This document shows, piece after piece, positions 19,096 to 30,770 of a DNA stretch of 64,000 bases. Position 1 is the stretch's first letter. Every line of letters starts with the position of its first letter. Origin of the DNA: the human T2T-CHM13v2.0 reference genome, Homo sapiens. Location: the NCBI GenBank assembly GCA_009914755.4, contig CP068257.2, positions 16,096,001 through 16,160,000 of the forward strand, in the 5' to 3' direction. A model generated the notes under the pieces. The model saw only the letters and a program-made list of their open reading frames with translations. It made no database searches and was not told the DNA's origin. The translations under genes were made by a program, and so were the position numbers.

Positions 19096-19376
19096 AGAAG
19101 GGGTCTCACTTTGTCATACAGGCTGAAGTGCAGAGGTGTAATTACAACCCACTGCAGCCTCTACCTTCTGGGCTCAAGTGATCCTCCCCACTCAGCCTCC
19201 TGAGTAGCTGGGACCACAGGCATGTGCCACCATGACTGGCTAATTTTTAAATTTTTTGTAGTGATAAGGTCTCTCTATGTTGCTCCAGCTGGTCTCCAAC
19301 TCCTGGGTTCAAGGAATGCTCCCACCTCTGCCTCCCAAAGTGCTGGGATTACAGACATGACCCACCGTGCCCAGGC
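19096..19376 (-). mobile_element. Alu SINE, antisense (no long tail)
   Basis: gagaaggggtctcactttgtcatacaggctgaagtgcagaggtg ... cctcccaaagtgctgggattacagacatgacccaccgtgcccagg. Confidence 0.85.
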
Positions 19377-19380
19377 TGCT

Positions 19381-19685
19381 TATTTTTATTTTTATTTTTT
19401 TGAGACAAGATTTTGCTCTGTCACCCAGCCTGGAGTGTGTAGTGGCATGATCTCAGCTCACTGCACCCTCGACTTCCTGAGCTCAGGTGATTCTCCCACC
19501 TCAGCCTTCTAAGTAGCTGGGACTACAGGCCCACATCACCACGCCAGGCTAACTTTTGTATTTTTAGTAGAGACAGGATTTCAGCGTGTTACCCACGCTG
19601 GTCTCAAACTCCTGGGCTCAAGCAATCCTCCCACCTCGGGCTCCAAAAATGCTAGGATTACAGGCGTGAGCCACCCAGCCTGGCC
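19381..19685 (-). mobile_element. Alu SINE, antisense, inserted immediately beside the previous Alu
   Basis: tttttatttttatttttttgagacaagattttgctctgtcacccagcctggagtg ... ggattacaggcgtgagccacccagcctggcc. Direct repeat ctgcttat on both flanks (19373-19380 and 19686-19693). Confidence 0.9.
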
Positions 19686-20002
19686 TGCTTATGAATTTTG
19701 GTCTAGTTTTAGACATCCTATTCTACAACTTGGCTAGTCTGTTTATTCATGTGTCAGCTGTTTTAACTATTAAGGTGTTATATGTCCTATCTAGAAGGGC
19801 CAATCCTCCTGTGTTGCTCTTCATTGTTATAATTTTCCTGGTTGTTTTTGCTTATTTATCTTTTCAAATGAATGTCAGTGTTAACTTGCCTGGTTTAAAA
19901 AACCGTATTTTATTGAAGTTGTATTAAGAGAATAAAAAACTGTGGATAATTAAAATTTTTATGGTATCAATTTTTTTCTCATTCTAACAAAAAGTATGAC
20001 TT

Positions 20003-20088
20003 TCCTTTTTTTTTTTTTGTCTTGCGATGGAGTCTCACTCTGTCGCCCAGGCTGGAGTGCAGTGGCTCGATCTCAGCTCGCTGCAGCT
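20003..20088 (-). mobile_element. Alu (antisense), 3' part, disrupted by the LTR12 insertion
   Basis: Poly-T, then gtcttgcgatggagtctcactctgtcgcccaggctggagtgcagtggctcgatctcagctcgctgcagc. The Alu consensus continues at 21514. Confidence 0.85.
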
Positions 20089-21513
20089 GTGTCCAGAACT
20101 GGTGGGTTCTTGGTCTCACTGACTTCAAGAATGAAGCCGCGGACCCTTGTGGTGAGTGTTACAGTTCTTAAAGGCGGTGTGTCCGGAGTTTGTTCCTTCT
20201 GATGTTCGGATGTGTTTGGAGTTTCTTCCTTCTGGTGGGTTCGTGGTCTCACTGGCTCAGGAGTGAAGCTGCAGACCTTTGCGGTGAGTGTTACAGCTCT
20301 TAAGGTGGCGTGTCTGGAGTTGTTCGTTCCTCCCTGTGGGTTCATGGTCTTGCTGGCTTCAGAAGTGAAGCTGCAGACCTTCACGATGAATGTTACAGCT
20401 CATAAAGGCAGTGTGGACCCAAAGATTGAGCAGTAGCAAGATTTATTGCAAAGAGCAAAAGAACAAAGCTTCCATGGTGTGGAAGGGGACCGGAGCCACT
20501 GCTAGCCTGGGCAGCCTGCTTTTATTCTCTTATCTGGCCCCACCCACATCCTGCTGATTGGTCCATTTTACAAAGAGCTGATTGGTCCGTTTTGACAAGG
20601 TGCTGATTGGTGCGTTTACAATCCCTGAGCTAGACACAAAAGTTCTCCACCACCCCACTAGATGATAATAGATACAGAGTGTTGATTGGTGTATTTACAA
20701 ACCTTGAGCTAGATATAGAGTGCCAATTGGTGCATTCACAAACCCTGAGCTAGACACAGGGTGCTGATTGGTGTGTTTGCAAACCTTGAGCTAGATACGG
20801 AGTGCTGATTGGTGTATTTACAATCCCTTAGCTAGACATAAAGGTTCTCCAAGTCCCCATCAGACTCAGGAGCCCAGCTGGCTTCACCCAGTGGATCTGG
20901 CACTGGGGTCGCAGGTGGAGCTGCCTGCCAGTCCCGTGCCGTGTGCCCGCACTCCTCAGCTCTTGGGTGGTCGATGGGACTGGGCGCTGTGGAGCAGGGG
21001 GTGGTGCTCCTAGGGGAGGCTCGGGCCCCACAGGAGCCCACTGAGAGAGGGGGAGGCTCAGGCATGGCGTGCTGCAGGTCCCGAGCCCTGCCCGGCAGGG
21101 TGGCAGCTAAGACCCGGCGAGAAATCCAGTGCAGCGCCGGTGGGCCAGCACTGCTGGGGGACCCAGCCCACCCTCCGCAGCCTCCTGGCCCAGGTGCTAA
21201 GCCCCTCATTGCCCGGGCTGACCTGCCAGCCCGCTGCTCCAAGTGCAGGGCCCACGGAGCCCATGCCCACCCAGAACTCGCACTGGCCCGCAAGCATGGC
21301 ATGCAGCCCTGGTTCCCTCCTGCGCCCCTCCCTCCACACCTCCCCGCAAGCTGAGGGAGTCGGCTCCGGCCTTGGCCAGCCCAGAAAGGGGCCCCCACAG
21401 TGCAGCGGCGGGCTGAAGGGCTCCTCAAGCACAGGCAGAGTGGGCGCCAAGGCCGAGGAGGCACCGAGAGCGAGTGAGGGCTGTGAGGGCTGCCAGCACG
21501 CTGTCACCTCTCA
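20089..21513 (+). mobile_element. Solo LTR12 (HERV9 LTR, LTR12C-like), ~1.43 kb, sense orientation
   Basis: tgtgtccagaactggtgggttcttggtctcactgacttcaagaatgaagccgcggaccc...gtgagtgttacagctcttaaggtggcgtgtctggagtt...gtgagtgttacagctcataaaggcagtgtggacccaaag...agcaagatttattgcaaagagcaaaagaacaaagcttcca.... Then tandem (g)ctgattggtg...ctgagctagacac units (CCAAT boxes), then a GC-rich region ...ccagctggcttcacccagtggatc...tgggtggtcgatgggactgggcg... ending ...cacgctgtcacctctca. All of this matches the LTR12 consensus recalled from memory. Flanked by the 4-bp repeat cagc, consistent with an ERV TSD. Confidence 0.85.
20530..20830 (+). promoter_or_regulatory. Tandem CCAAT-box (ATTGG) repeat block of the LTR12 U3 region; candidate NF-Y site cluster
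   Basis: About seven imperfect ~20-40 bp units containing (g)ctgattggt(c/g)... or ccaattgg, e.g. gctgattggtccattttacaaagagctgattggtccgttttgacaaggtgctgattggtgcgtttacaatccctgagctagacac. LTR12 CCAAT repeats are established NF-Y-bound promoter elements. Activity at this copy is unknown. Confidence 0.55.
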
Positions 21514-21595
21514 CAGCCTCTGCCTCCCAGGTACAAGTGATTCTCCTGCCTCAGCCTCCTGAGTAGCTGGGATTACAGGTATGCACCACCATAAC
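21514..21595 (-). mobile_element. Alu (antisense), 5' continuation of the Alu split by LTR12; truncated at ~21595
   Basis: cctctgcctcccaggtacaagtgattctcctgcctcagcctcctgagtagctgggattacaggtatgcaccaccat continues the Alu consensus exactly where 20088 stopped. Confidence 0.85.
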
Positions 21596-21639
21596 TGGTT
21601 TTGATCGATTCTTTTTTTGTGTCCTTGAGAGGGTTTTAA

Positions 21640-22750
21640 AATTGTCTACCTTTAGCTCTTGTTCATTTCTTATTAAGATAATTTCTAAGTATTCTATAAT
21701 TTTTGTTGCTATTGCTGGGGCTTGGAATGCAATACCCCATAGTATGGCACCTTGGCAGGCTGAATACTTTGGACTGAAGGAAATTGGAAAGGCCTCAGAA
21801 GCAAGCTCTTTCTGACCTTCTCCCATCCTCCTGTTCCTCTGTCTCCCCTAAATCTAAGTGAGTCTTAAAAACCAGAATTCCTCTTCCCCAAGGTAGGTCA
21901 TAAAAACTTGAACCCCTCTACCCCAAATCAAATCATAAAACCTATAAATGTCACACTCTCCCTTCTCCCTTAAGACCCTTATTAGATGCAGGTCCTCCCC
22001 TATATCTGGGAAAAAGGCATCCTTCACAGAGAAATCAAGAAGTATCTGAACAGAGAGGCCTGCTGGTGTCCCCCCTGCTGTGGTTTGGATATGGTTTGTT
22101 TGGCCCCACTGAGTCTTATGTTGAAATTTGATTCCAATGTTGCAAGTGGGGTGTGGTAAGAGATGTTTGGGCCATGAGGGTGGATCCCTCATGAGTGACT
22201 TGGTTCCATTCTCACAGGAGTGAGTTCTCACTCTTAGCTCCCAAAACAACTGTTTGTTGAAAAGAGCCTGATACCGCCTCCTCTCTCCCTCTTGCTTCCT
22301 GTCCTGGTGTGTGACCTCTGTACACTTCGGGTTCCCTTTGCCTTCTGCCGTGAGTAGAAGCAGCCTGACGCTCTTGCCAGAGCAGATGCTAGTGCTATGC
22401 TTCTGGCATGGCCAGCAGAACTGTGAGCCACATTTTCTTTATAAATTACCCAGCCTCAGGTATTTCTTTATTGCAACACAAATGAATTAAGGCACCCTCT
22501 CATTCTATTACCATTGGATCGTGTCCATTGTCTAATCACATTTCTCCACAGCTGTCCACTCTTCATTGGACCTAAGCCCTGGGTCTTTGGGTCTTCAATT
22601 CTGAAGTTTCCTGTGTTACCTAAAACTTCGGTTAAATACATTTGTTATGCTTTTCTCTTGTTAACCTGCCTTTTGTTAGAGGAGTGTCAGCTGTGACCCT
22701 TATGATGGGTGAGAAAATGTATCACATCTTTCTGACCCTACACTATTGTA
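21640..22750 (+). repeat. Unclassified LTR-like repeat, copy B (paralog of 16938-17562), interrupted by an MST LTR
   Basis: 21700-22075 and 22495-22750 align with 16950-17280 and 17300-17560 respectively (e.g. aataccccatagtatggcacc...actgaaggaaattggaaaggcctcagaa...; ...ctgggtctttgggt(c/t)ttcaattctgaag...gttaacctg(c/t)cttttgtta...gagaaaatgtatca(c/t)a(t/c)ctttctg). Possible 4-bp TSD ctat. Confidence 0.4.
22076..22494 (+). mobile_element. MaLR LTR (MST/THE1-type, MSTA-like), sense
   Basis: tgctgtggtttggatatggtttgtttggccccactgagtcttatgttgaaatttgattccaatgttg...gggccatgagggtggatccctcatgagtgacttggttcc...cagaactgtgagccacattttctttataaattacccagcctcaggtatttctttattgcaacacaaatgaattaaggca. This is the MST/THE1 architecture. 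Confidence 0.75.
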
Positions 22751-22980
22751 AATGGGACGATCACTGGTTACTAATGTCAATAGAAGTGACTCCTATGTAG
22801 CACAGCAGTAAGAATGGCCTCTTACTGGGTCAGCTAATCCCACACAGTAGATTAAAACAAGTTCATTTCTAGGAAAACATTCTCTCCATCACATTAAAAA
22901 ATTTATTTTTTAAAATTCGCAGACAAAATTGTATATATTTATCATGTATGACATGATGTCTTGAAATATATAATCCCAAA

Positions 22981-23016
22981 GGGCTGGGATTACAGATGTG
23001 AGCCGCCGTGCCTGGC
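22981..23016 (-). mobile_element. Short Alu fragment (antisense 5'-end piece)
   Basis: ggctgggattacagatgtgagccgccgtgcctggcc. Confidence 0.6.
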
Positions 23017-23759
23017 CAAAGGGAAATTTTTATGTGAGGTTTCTAAAAATGTTCCTTAAAGGGAATTGACTCATCTTAGACAAATACAGACTAAAGAGTC
23101 TTAGCTTCTCCCTCTTAAAAGTAAGGGAAGATAACATCACTCTCCTCCTTTTCCTTAGAGTGTTTATTTTGGAAATTTATAACTGCAAGTACTTTCTGCT
23201 CTCTTAGAAATGTATGTAAATTGTTTTGAAAAGTAGATAGGCCCTTTGTCAACTTGACCCTAGAATGCCTTTCTCAAGAACTCAGGAAGGAACCATCTTC
23301 TTTGAATGTAAACATTCAAGGAAGATAGCTTCCTATCTCCTAGTTTCAGTAGGAGAGTAGGGGAGTAATTTTAGCCTGACTCCAAGTTGTAAAACTACCT
23401 CCTGTCCAAACAATATGAGAAGTTTATTTTTCCTTTGTATAAAGTCAGTTAACTTACGCAGATGGTCACCACAATTACCAGGTAAATTTAGGATAAACTT
23501 AAGTGTAATGAAATGGTGCTGTCAAGACCTCTCACTTGAAGACTAGTTATGATTTATCTTGAGAACGTGTATGCAACAGGTTGTATGTGCTTGGGTGTAT
23601 GAAGGGTGAGAGTTCTCTCTGTGCAATCTCTTATCAAATTGCCTGTGATGTGCATTACATTCTGGTTTCACGCTTATTCAAAAATAAAAGGGCTTTCTTC
23701 CTCTATCACTTTCGTGGAGAGGATTTCTGGATTGAGAGAATATTTGTTTTTTAAATTAT

Positions 23760-24060
23760 AGTTCCCCAACACTCAGTTGAGAGTCGTGCCCACTTTCTTC
23801 TCCCCTCTTCATACTTGTGAAGCAGGTATGTTTGCAAAGGCCATGGCTGCCATCTTGGACCATGTAGGTGACCTTGAAGATGGAAACCAACCAGCACGTT
23901 CAGAAAAAGGGGAGGACGAACCTTAGTCCCTGATAATTATGGAGCCATTGCACCAGTCCTGAATGGCCTACCTTTAGACTTCTTTTATATAAGAGAGAGA
24001 TAAAATTCTCTTGTTTCAGCCACTGTTATTTTGGTTCTTCTGTTAAATGAGGGTGAAGCT
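23760..24060 (+). mobile_element. Possible MaLR (MLT1-like) LTR 3' fragment
   Basis: ...ccatggctgccatcttggaccatgtaggtgaccttgaagatggaaacc... and ...gagagagataaaattctcttgtttcagccactgttattttggttc resemble the MLT1 3' region (gagaaataaa...ttgtttaagccac...tattttg). Weak. Confidence 0.35.
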
Positions 24061-25204
24061 TATTCTAACTGATATATTGCCAGAAAGAATAACTTCAGCT
24101 AAAATATAGCCAAATCAGGTTTCTTATTTAAGCATCCACTAACATTTAACTGTTTTTTTGCTTACACCCATGTACTGCAAGTCAACTGATTTAGTTATCA
24201 AGACATACATTTTGTAACCAGTTTATTTTTACTCCTTCACCATAAAGTCATTTGCTCAAATCTAAATGTTCTCTGGGTGCTGTTCTGGCTTTGAAAAGGT
24301 GACTAAGGTGGACTTCTGATAACACTTGCTTGGCTTTATTTATTTCAGGCAAAAATATTAAACTTTGGTCAAATTTTGATCAATTTCTCATTTATGCATA
24401 TGTTGAAATGAGCCTAAAATGTTCTTAAGGGAAAGCTTGGCCCTCTCATCAGTTCACTTTTATGCAGAAGTAGCTACATCTTCTATTCCCAGGTCAGACA
24501 GAAAGGCTCTTCAGCTTTTGTTAAAGGATGTTAATTCAGTGCTAACTTTGCTGATGATTAAAACCCATCATTCTGTCTGACAGCAGCACCTGATAATACC
24601 TCCAGGCACTTGTCGGGAAGTAGAACATTAATTCACAGCCACTCAGTATCATGCAAAAGTCTGCTGAGAAGAGTAATATTTATGGAGGACAGTTTAAAAG
24701 AATATGTAGTCCTTTATTTTCTCAGATGATCTGAAATCCATCCTTAAACAGATAATCACAGGGCTGCTCATTTGAATTCCTTTGTTTTGGTCCCTTGTAC
24801 AGTGGCTTTTACTCAGTTATGTTCTGTTATTATGACCTCTGCCTACATTTAAACATATTCTAAGTAACCTCTCTGGGAACTTATAATCATTAGTGTGAAG
24901 ATGTTGTTTATTCATTACAGGGCATGTGTCTTCTTTACAAGGTCACATGTGCTGACTTTCTCTTTGATTTCATTATAAAAATATTGTGTATCCACTTAGT
25001 GAATAATTTTTATTGAGCAACTGGTTTATTTTTAGAGACATTGCATTTTTGTGTTGCATATAATTTACTAAGTCCAATGACTATTTTTCTGAAACAAGGG
25101 AAATAAAAATAAATAACTGGGCTTAATGTACCCTTCCCTTTCACGCTTTTACATATTGTCCTCCTTTTTCGTGATCACTATGTCAGTGATTTTCTACCTT
25201 GACT

Positions 25205-25558
25205 GCTGTGGTCTAAAAGTTTGTGTCCCCCTAAAATTCATATGCCAATCTTAACCTCCAAGGTATCTGAAGGTGGGGAACTTTGGGAGGTGATTAGGTC
25301 ATGGGGGTGGAGACCTCACAAATGGAATTGATACTCATATAAAAAGAGTCAGAGAGAGACTCTTCACCCCTTCCACCATGTGAGGATGTTGTGCAAAGAT
25401 GCAGTTTCTGAACTAGGAAGCAGACCCCCATCAATACAAAATCTGCCAACATCTCGCTCTTGGACTGGCCAGCCTCCAGAAATACATTTCTGTAGTTTAA
25501 AAACCACAGAGTTTATTGTATTTTGTTGTAGCAGCCCAAATGAACTAAGGAACTGGCT
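25205..25558 (+). mobile_element. MaLR LTR (MLT1-type), sense
   Basis: tgctgtggtctaaaagtttgtgtccccctaaaattcatatgccaatcttaacc...gggaggtgattaggtcatgggggtggagacctcac...ccagcctccagaaatacatttctgtagtttaaaaaccacagagtttattgtattttgttgtagcagcccaaatgaactaag. Confidence 0.6.
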
Positions 25559-26029
25559 TATGGCTTTGTCTCTTTGGGGTAAAGGTAAAGAAGGATATTT
25601 GGATCATCCCATTTTTCTTAGGATCATCCCATTTTTTTTTTTTTTTAGAATGTAAAAGTTATGCTGAGCTTTTAGGAAAAACAACTTCAAAACTGAAGTC
25701 CTTCAGAATGATTAAGAGAAATTAGAATTTCTAGTTTATATTTTAGGCAATTTATTTAGAGTTGGGGTCTTGTTCTGTTGCCCAGGTTATTTTAAAAAAT
25801 CTGTTTAAACTTATCATTTTAATACACTTACTTTTTAATAGATAATACATTTATGCAGCTCTAAATCTAAAAGAATAAAAAAGGTATGCAATGTAGTCTT
25901 TCCGAACTCATGTCCTAGCCCCTTAGTTGTCTTCCTTGGAAGCTGCCAAGGTTATGTTTCTTTTGTAGCCATATATTTTGGTGTATTTTTTTGTAAATAA
26001 AAATACGTATAAACTCTTTTTTTTCTGAT

Positions 26030-26172
26030 TTGTCTTCTTTTTGAGATAGGGTCTCACTCTGTCACCCAGGCTGGAGTGCAGCAGTGCAGTCATAGCTCAT
26101 TGTAGCTTCGAACTCCTGGACTCAAGTGATCCTCCCACCTTGGCCTCCCAGAATACTGAGATTACAGACATT
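26030..26172 (-). mobile_element. Alu right-arm fragment (antisense, 5'-truncated)
   Basis: ttttgagatagggtctcactctgtcacccaggctggagtgcagcagtgcagtcatagctcattgtagcttcgaactcctggactcaagtgatcctcccaccttggcctcccagaatactgagattacagacat. Confidence 0.75.
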
Positions 26173-27894
26173 TTTTTCTGATTTTTTAATTGTAAAATAC
26201 TGATCACATTGTGCTGTCATTTTCATTTGTCACAAACTGTATATTATGAAGCTTTCTCCATATCGAAGGGGATAAAGTCCTTCCTTATTCTTTGCTCTGA
26301 TCACCAAGTACTCTATGGCTATACTTTACTTAACCAGTTCCCTATTCACATCATTCTTGTTGCTTCTAATTCTTTTTAAAAATTGTTATTACAAACAATA
26401 CTTTATTGGCTAACCTTTTACAGAGCCAAGTTTCCAGTATGATAAAGCCCTATAAGTTTAACTTTTGGCTCACATTTTACTGGATTTTAGGTTTTGATGG
26501 GTATTGCCAACTTGCTGTCCATAGAAGTAGCACTATTTTACAATCTCCTGGCTATTTTTGTATTGCTTTTTAAATGAGGCCTTCAAAGCTTCAAATTACT
26601 TTATGTCATTTGAGTGCTGTACAGCATCATAGATGGTTTTGCCCTCAAGAACTAACATTCAAAAGAAATCAATTTTTTTCCAAGCACATACATATTTTTT
26701 AATGGGCTGTTTTGCTTATTGTAATCTATTTGTCCATATTTCTTTGCGAAAGAGTGAGTGTAATGAATCAGGCAGACATAGCTAGAAAGGTAGTTAACAA
26801 ATGACATTCCTCCCTTGCCTCAGGGCCCATCGTGTTGTCATAGATGGCTCTTGTCCCTGGATTTAGACAGGCTGGCAGCTGCCTATTACCCCATCCATAA
26901 CACCGTGCAGGAGATGAGGGTGGAGAGAGATGAGCTGGAAGTCTGGTGGCTAAAAGCAGAAGATTAAACACACCCTTGCTCAGGAAAACTTTCCAAACTA
27001 CACATTACTCTTGACTTAAAAAAAAATGAACAAAATATATCACCCAAAAAATCCTGTCCTCAAGAAGGAGTCTGATGTGAAAGAATAAAACGTCGATTTA
27101 TGAATAGCATGCTATGCATCACCTGGCAAAGGCCTGAAGAATCCTCTAGTCTCACGAGGTGGGCCAGCAACGTGGATCTGTCTCCAAATGACTGTAAACT
27201 TGTTTCTGCCTGTCTCACTTTACCTGTGAAATAAATGGACGAATACATTTTTCTCTTTGTCAGAATGGCATCACAGATTGCTCAGATGCTTTTCCCTGGA
27301 ATCACACAGTCAAAATGTGGCCAAAACTGAACAGGAAGCTGAGACCCGCCCCCAAACAGGGCTCAGAACACAGCTCTCACTCTCATTCTGGGAAGTCCAA
27401 ATTCTGCCTCACACTCAAGGCCCTTACTCCAGAAGCTGGCCCCACACTGTTATTCTGGTTTATTCCCAGATTAATCCTTCCCACAGAATCCACACTCCAA
27501 GGCAATGGAATTATATGCTTATCTGGAAACACGCTCTATTCTTTTCCACCTCATGCCTTTATGCTCTTTCTGTGCCTGTACGTTTCTCTTCACCATGTCT
27601 ATTCATCAAAATCCTAGTTGTAGAATAACTAGAATTGTAGAATAATCAGTAGTTGTAGAAGAAAACTTTCCTTAAGTTTTCCCTAACTATGCTTCAACAA
27701 ATTCTATGTAATCTCTTCCCTGGGTCAAACACATATTATATTTTCTGGTACTTCTCACCCAGAATTCCAGGCAGTTATTCATGTTTTTTATGAATTTGAC
27801 TCTTTCATTCCCCTGCATTGGATTATAAACCCTTTTATGACACATACCATCAACCTTATATCCATTGCAGTGCCTGGCTCACTTCTGAGGCTTA

Positions 27895-27927
27895 AACACA
27901 CACACACACACACACTCACACACACAC
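27895..27927. repeat. (CA)n microsatellite, imperfect
   Basis: acacacacacacacacactcacacacacact. Confidence 0.9.
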
Positions 27928-28727
27928 TCCTACATGTGTTTAATATATGGATAAAAAGAATTTTGATGGAAGTAAATGACTGAATGAATCAATATGTGTT
28001 TCTTCAGTAGGTCAAATGGTGAAGGACATTAATCGTAATTGATACTACATATTTGCAGCTGGAAACTCTTGTTTGTTTCATGCATAAGCCAGTGGTTCTT
28101 AGTGACATCAGAATCACCTTGGTAGCTTGGTAAAATACAGGTCGTTAGGCCTCATCCCCAGAATTTGATTTGATAGATCTGAGATTGTACTTTTCTAACA
28201 AATTCCCAGGGGGTGTTGATGCTGCAGGTTCAGCCACCAGATTTTGAGAGCCGTTGTGATTGTATAGCAGTCTATTGTAATTGTGTGTGTGCTAACAGGA
28301 TTGTTGCCAAGTCACTTTTGTTTAATTAGCTCTGATCTGTTTACCCAGGAGGATGTTTGATAGACCTCAGGAACAGATCCGACTCTGCCAATGTATCAAT
28401 GGACTGTGATTGACAGGAAGACCAGCCTTCATGGCTGGCATTGTTTGGAAATTGTTGCTCCCTTGAACCTGTGATGGAATCCAAAAAAAATTCTTTCATC
28501 ATGGTCCTTAACTCTCAGAGGAAGAAGAGTAGCACCTGCAGCTCAGCCGCTATTTGGACTTCAGTACTCTGCTGTGATAATGCCTGGGATAGCGAAAACC
28601 ACATACAGCTCAGGCGCTGTGCTGATATAAAACCTGTGCAGTCCCGATGCCTAGATTTCAAAAGGCTGGGGTCATTAGAACATAATTTGTGGATCATCAT
28701 GGAAAATAAAAATGAGGGGAAAATAAT

Positions 28728-28850
28728 AGTTATAATTAAATTATAAATAATTAAAAAATATCTAATTTATAATTAATTTATAAAGAATATATTTATAAAA
28801 TAAATACATTATAATTAAAATCATAATAAAAACATGATTAAGAATTTCAA
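28728..28850. repeat. AT-rich low-complexity region (aattataa/ataaa motifs)
   Basis: aattataattaaattataaataattaaaaaatatctaatttataattaatttataaagaatatatttataaaataaatacattataattaaaatcataataaaaac. Confidence 0.7.
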
Positions 28851-29472
28851 GATGGCAACAGGAGAACGTTAAGCATGGGGCCTACTGAGCACAGGACTCT
28901 GTGTGGCTGCCCAGGTTGCGTTCCATGAATTTGCTCTGAACTTGGCTGTGTAGGGCTTTCAGCCATTCTGGAAGAGACAGTAGATGGCAGGGAAAGGGAC
29001 TGGGCAAAGGCAGGAGGAGTTGGATGGTGCATGAGTAGAGAGAGAAGGAGGAAGATGGTGTTAAAGATGGCTTTCCTGGCTCTTCTTTCTCTCCACATTG
29101 TGAGAGTGTTGCTTTTTTGGGGTGGGGTAGGAGGGTGCCTCAACATCTGGTGTCTGAACCTGTAGCATCAGCATCAGCTGGGAATTTGGGAGTTTCCTGG
29201 AACACAAAGCAGGAAACACCCCCTGAAGTTTTGGCATGTCGCTCAGCACATGGGGGATATGATGGTTTAAGAAAGAATGACAAGGACAAGGACACTGACA
29301 ACACCCCCATTTGTCCCAAAGCAATGAAGAGCACTTGACAAGCTCCAGGCTGCCCGAGAGCAGCAAGGCCCCCCTAGGTAGGGTACCAGAACTTGGAATC
29401 ACTCTTGTTCTCTTCCTTTAGTGTGTCTTCTTCTTCAACTTCTCTTTAACTTTTCAAAAAATAAATTATATC

Positions 29473-29796
<324 letters not shown>

Positions 29797-30404
29797 TTAT
29801 ATCTCTTATTTTTCTGTGGAAAATTTTTTTCTTGAAAAATTGTATTTATTTTAAAAAATAAAGGAATCCCTGGCTTCTGCATTAAGTGCTTAGTAGATGA
29901 CAAGCTCCTCAGGGCCCAAGATCCACCTCATTCATCTTTGTGTCCTTGTTCACAGGACACAAAGTGGTACGCACATGTTGAAACACTGAATGGAATTGCT
30001 TTTTGCATTCGCTCAGAAGCTTCAAATTCTCTCCGCATTGTTGAGCACAGTGAGCGCAGGGTTATTGTTTAAATATTAAAAGAGAACACAGCTAATTTGA
30101 AGCACACATTTGGGTTCTGGACTATGGTTATGCCAGCTTCATTATGAAGTTTTTCATCACTTTTTGGCCTTTTGGCTAAGATTGAATGTATTATGTTGTT
30201 TTTCTTGTTAGGATAAAACCTTTTGCTGGATTATATATCCAGAAATTTTTTAAGGCTTTTGAGGAGATTTAATTTGATACACAGCTGCATGCTCTAGGTA
30301 AGTCAATTAACACGTCTGGATCTTATTTTCCTCATGCATTAATGTAACATCTAATTGAGCAATCCATGTACTGACACCCATTTACGAGTCAGGATCATAA
30401 CACC

Positions 30405-30770
30405 CACTATTTTAGCTTGAACGGCTGTAACCAAGTACCATAGACTGGCGGGGCTTCTAAACAACAAATTTATGTCCCACGGTTCTGGAGGCTGGAAGTT
30501 GAGATCAGGGTGCCATCAAGGCGGCGTTCCAGCGAGGATGCTCTTCTGGGTTACAGACTGCCAACTTCTGGCTGTATCCTCACATGGCAGAAAGAGGAGA
30601 GAGCTCTCTGGGGTCATTTTTATAAGGGCACTATTCTTATTCATAAGGGCTCCACCCTCATGACCTAATCACCTCCCAAAGGCCCTACCTCCTAATACAA
30701 CCATATCAAGGATTAGGATTTCAACATAAGAATTTTGGAGAGTGGGTCACAAACATTCAGTCCATTGCAA
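30405..30770 (+). mobile_element. MaLR LTR MLT1A-like, sense
   Basis: ...ctgtaaccaagtaccatagactggcggggcttctaaacaacaaatttatgtcccacggttctggaggctggaagttgagatcagggtgcc...tcctcacatggcagaaagaggagagagctctctggggtcatttttataagggcact...ggctccaccctcatgacctaatcacctcccaaaggccctacctcctaatac...aggatttcaacataagaattttggagagtgggtcacaaacattcagtccattgca. Matches the MLT1A consensus recalled from memory. Confidence 0.7.

Noticed and set aside
20832-21562. Overlapping long ORFs (210, 149, 140 and 137 aa) on both strands that look like a gene-dense block
   Set aside because: They lie entirely inside the GC-rich 3' half of the LTR12 element. High GC suppresses stop codons in all frames, both strands are open at once, and the peptides are Pro/Ala/Gly/Arg-rich low-complexity. 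These are compositional artefacts, not genes.
25560-25640. Short tandem duplication ggatcatcccattttt x2 followed by poly-T, adjacent to an MLT1 LTR
   Set aside because: It is too short and simple to be more than replication slippage next to an LTR end. No functional inference is warranted.
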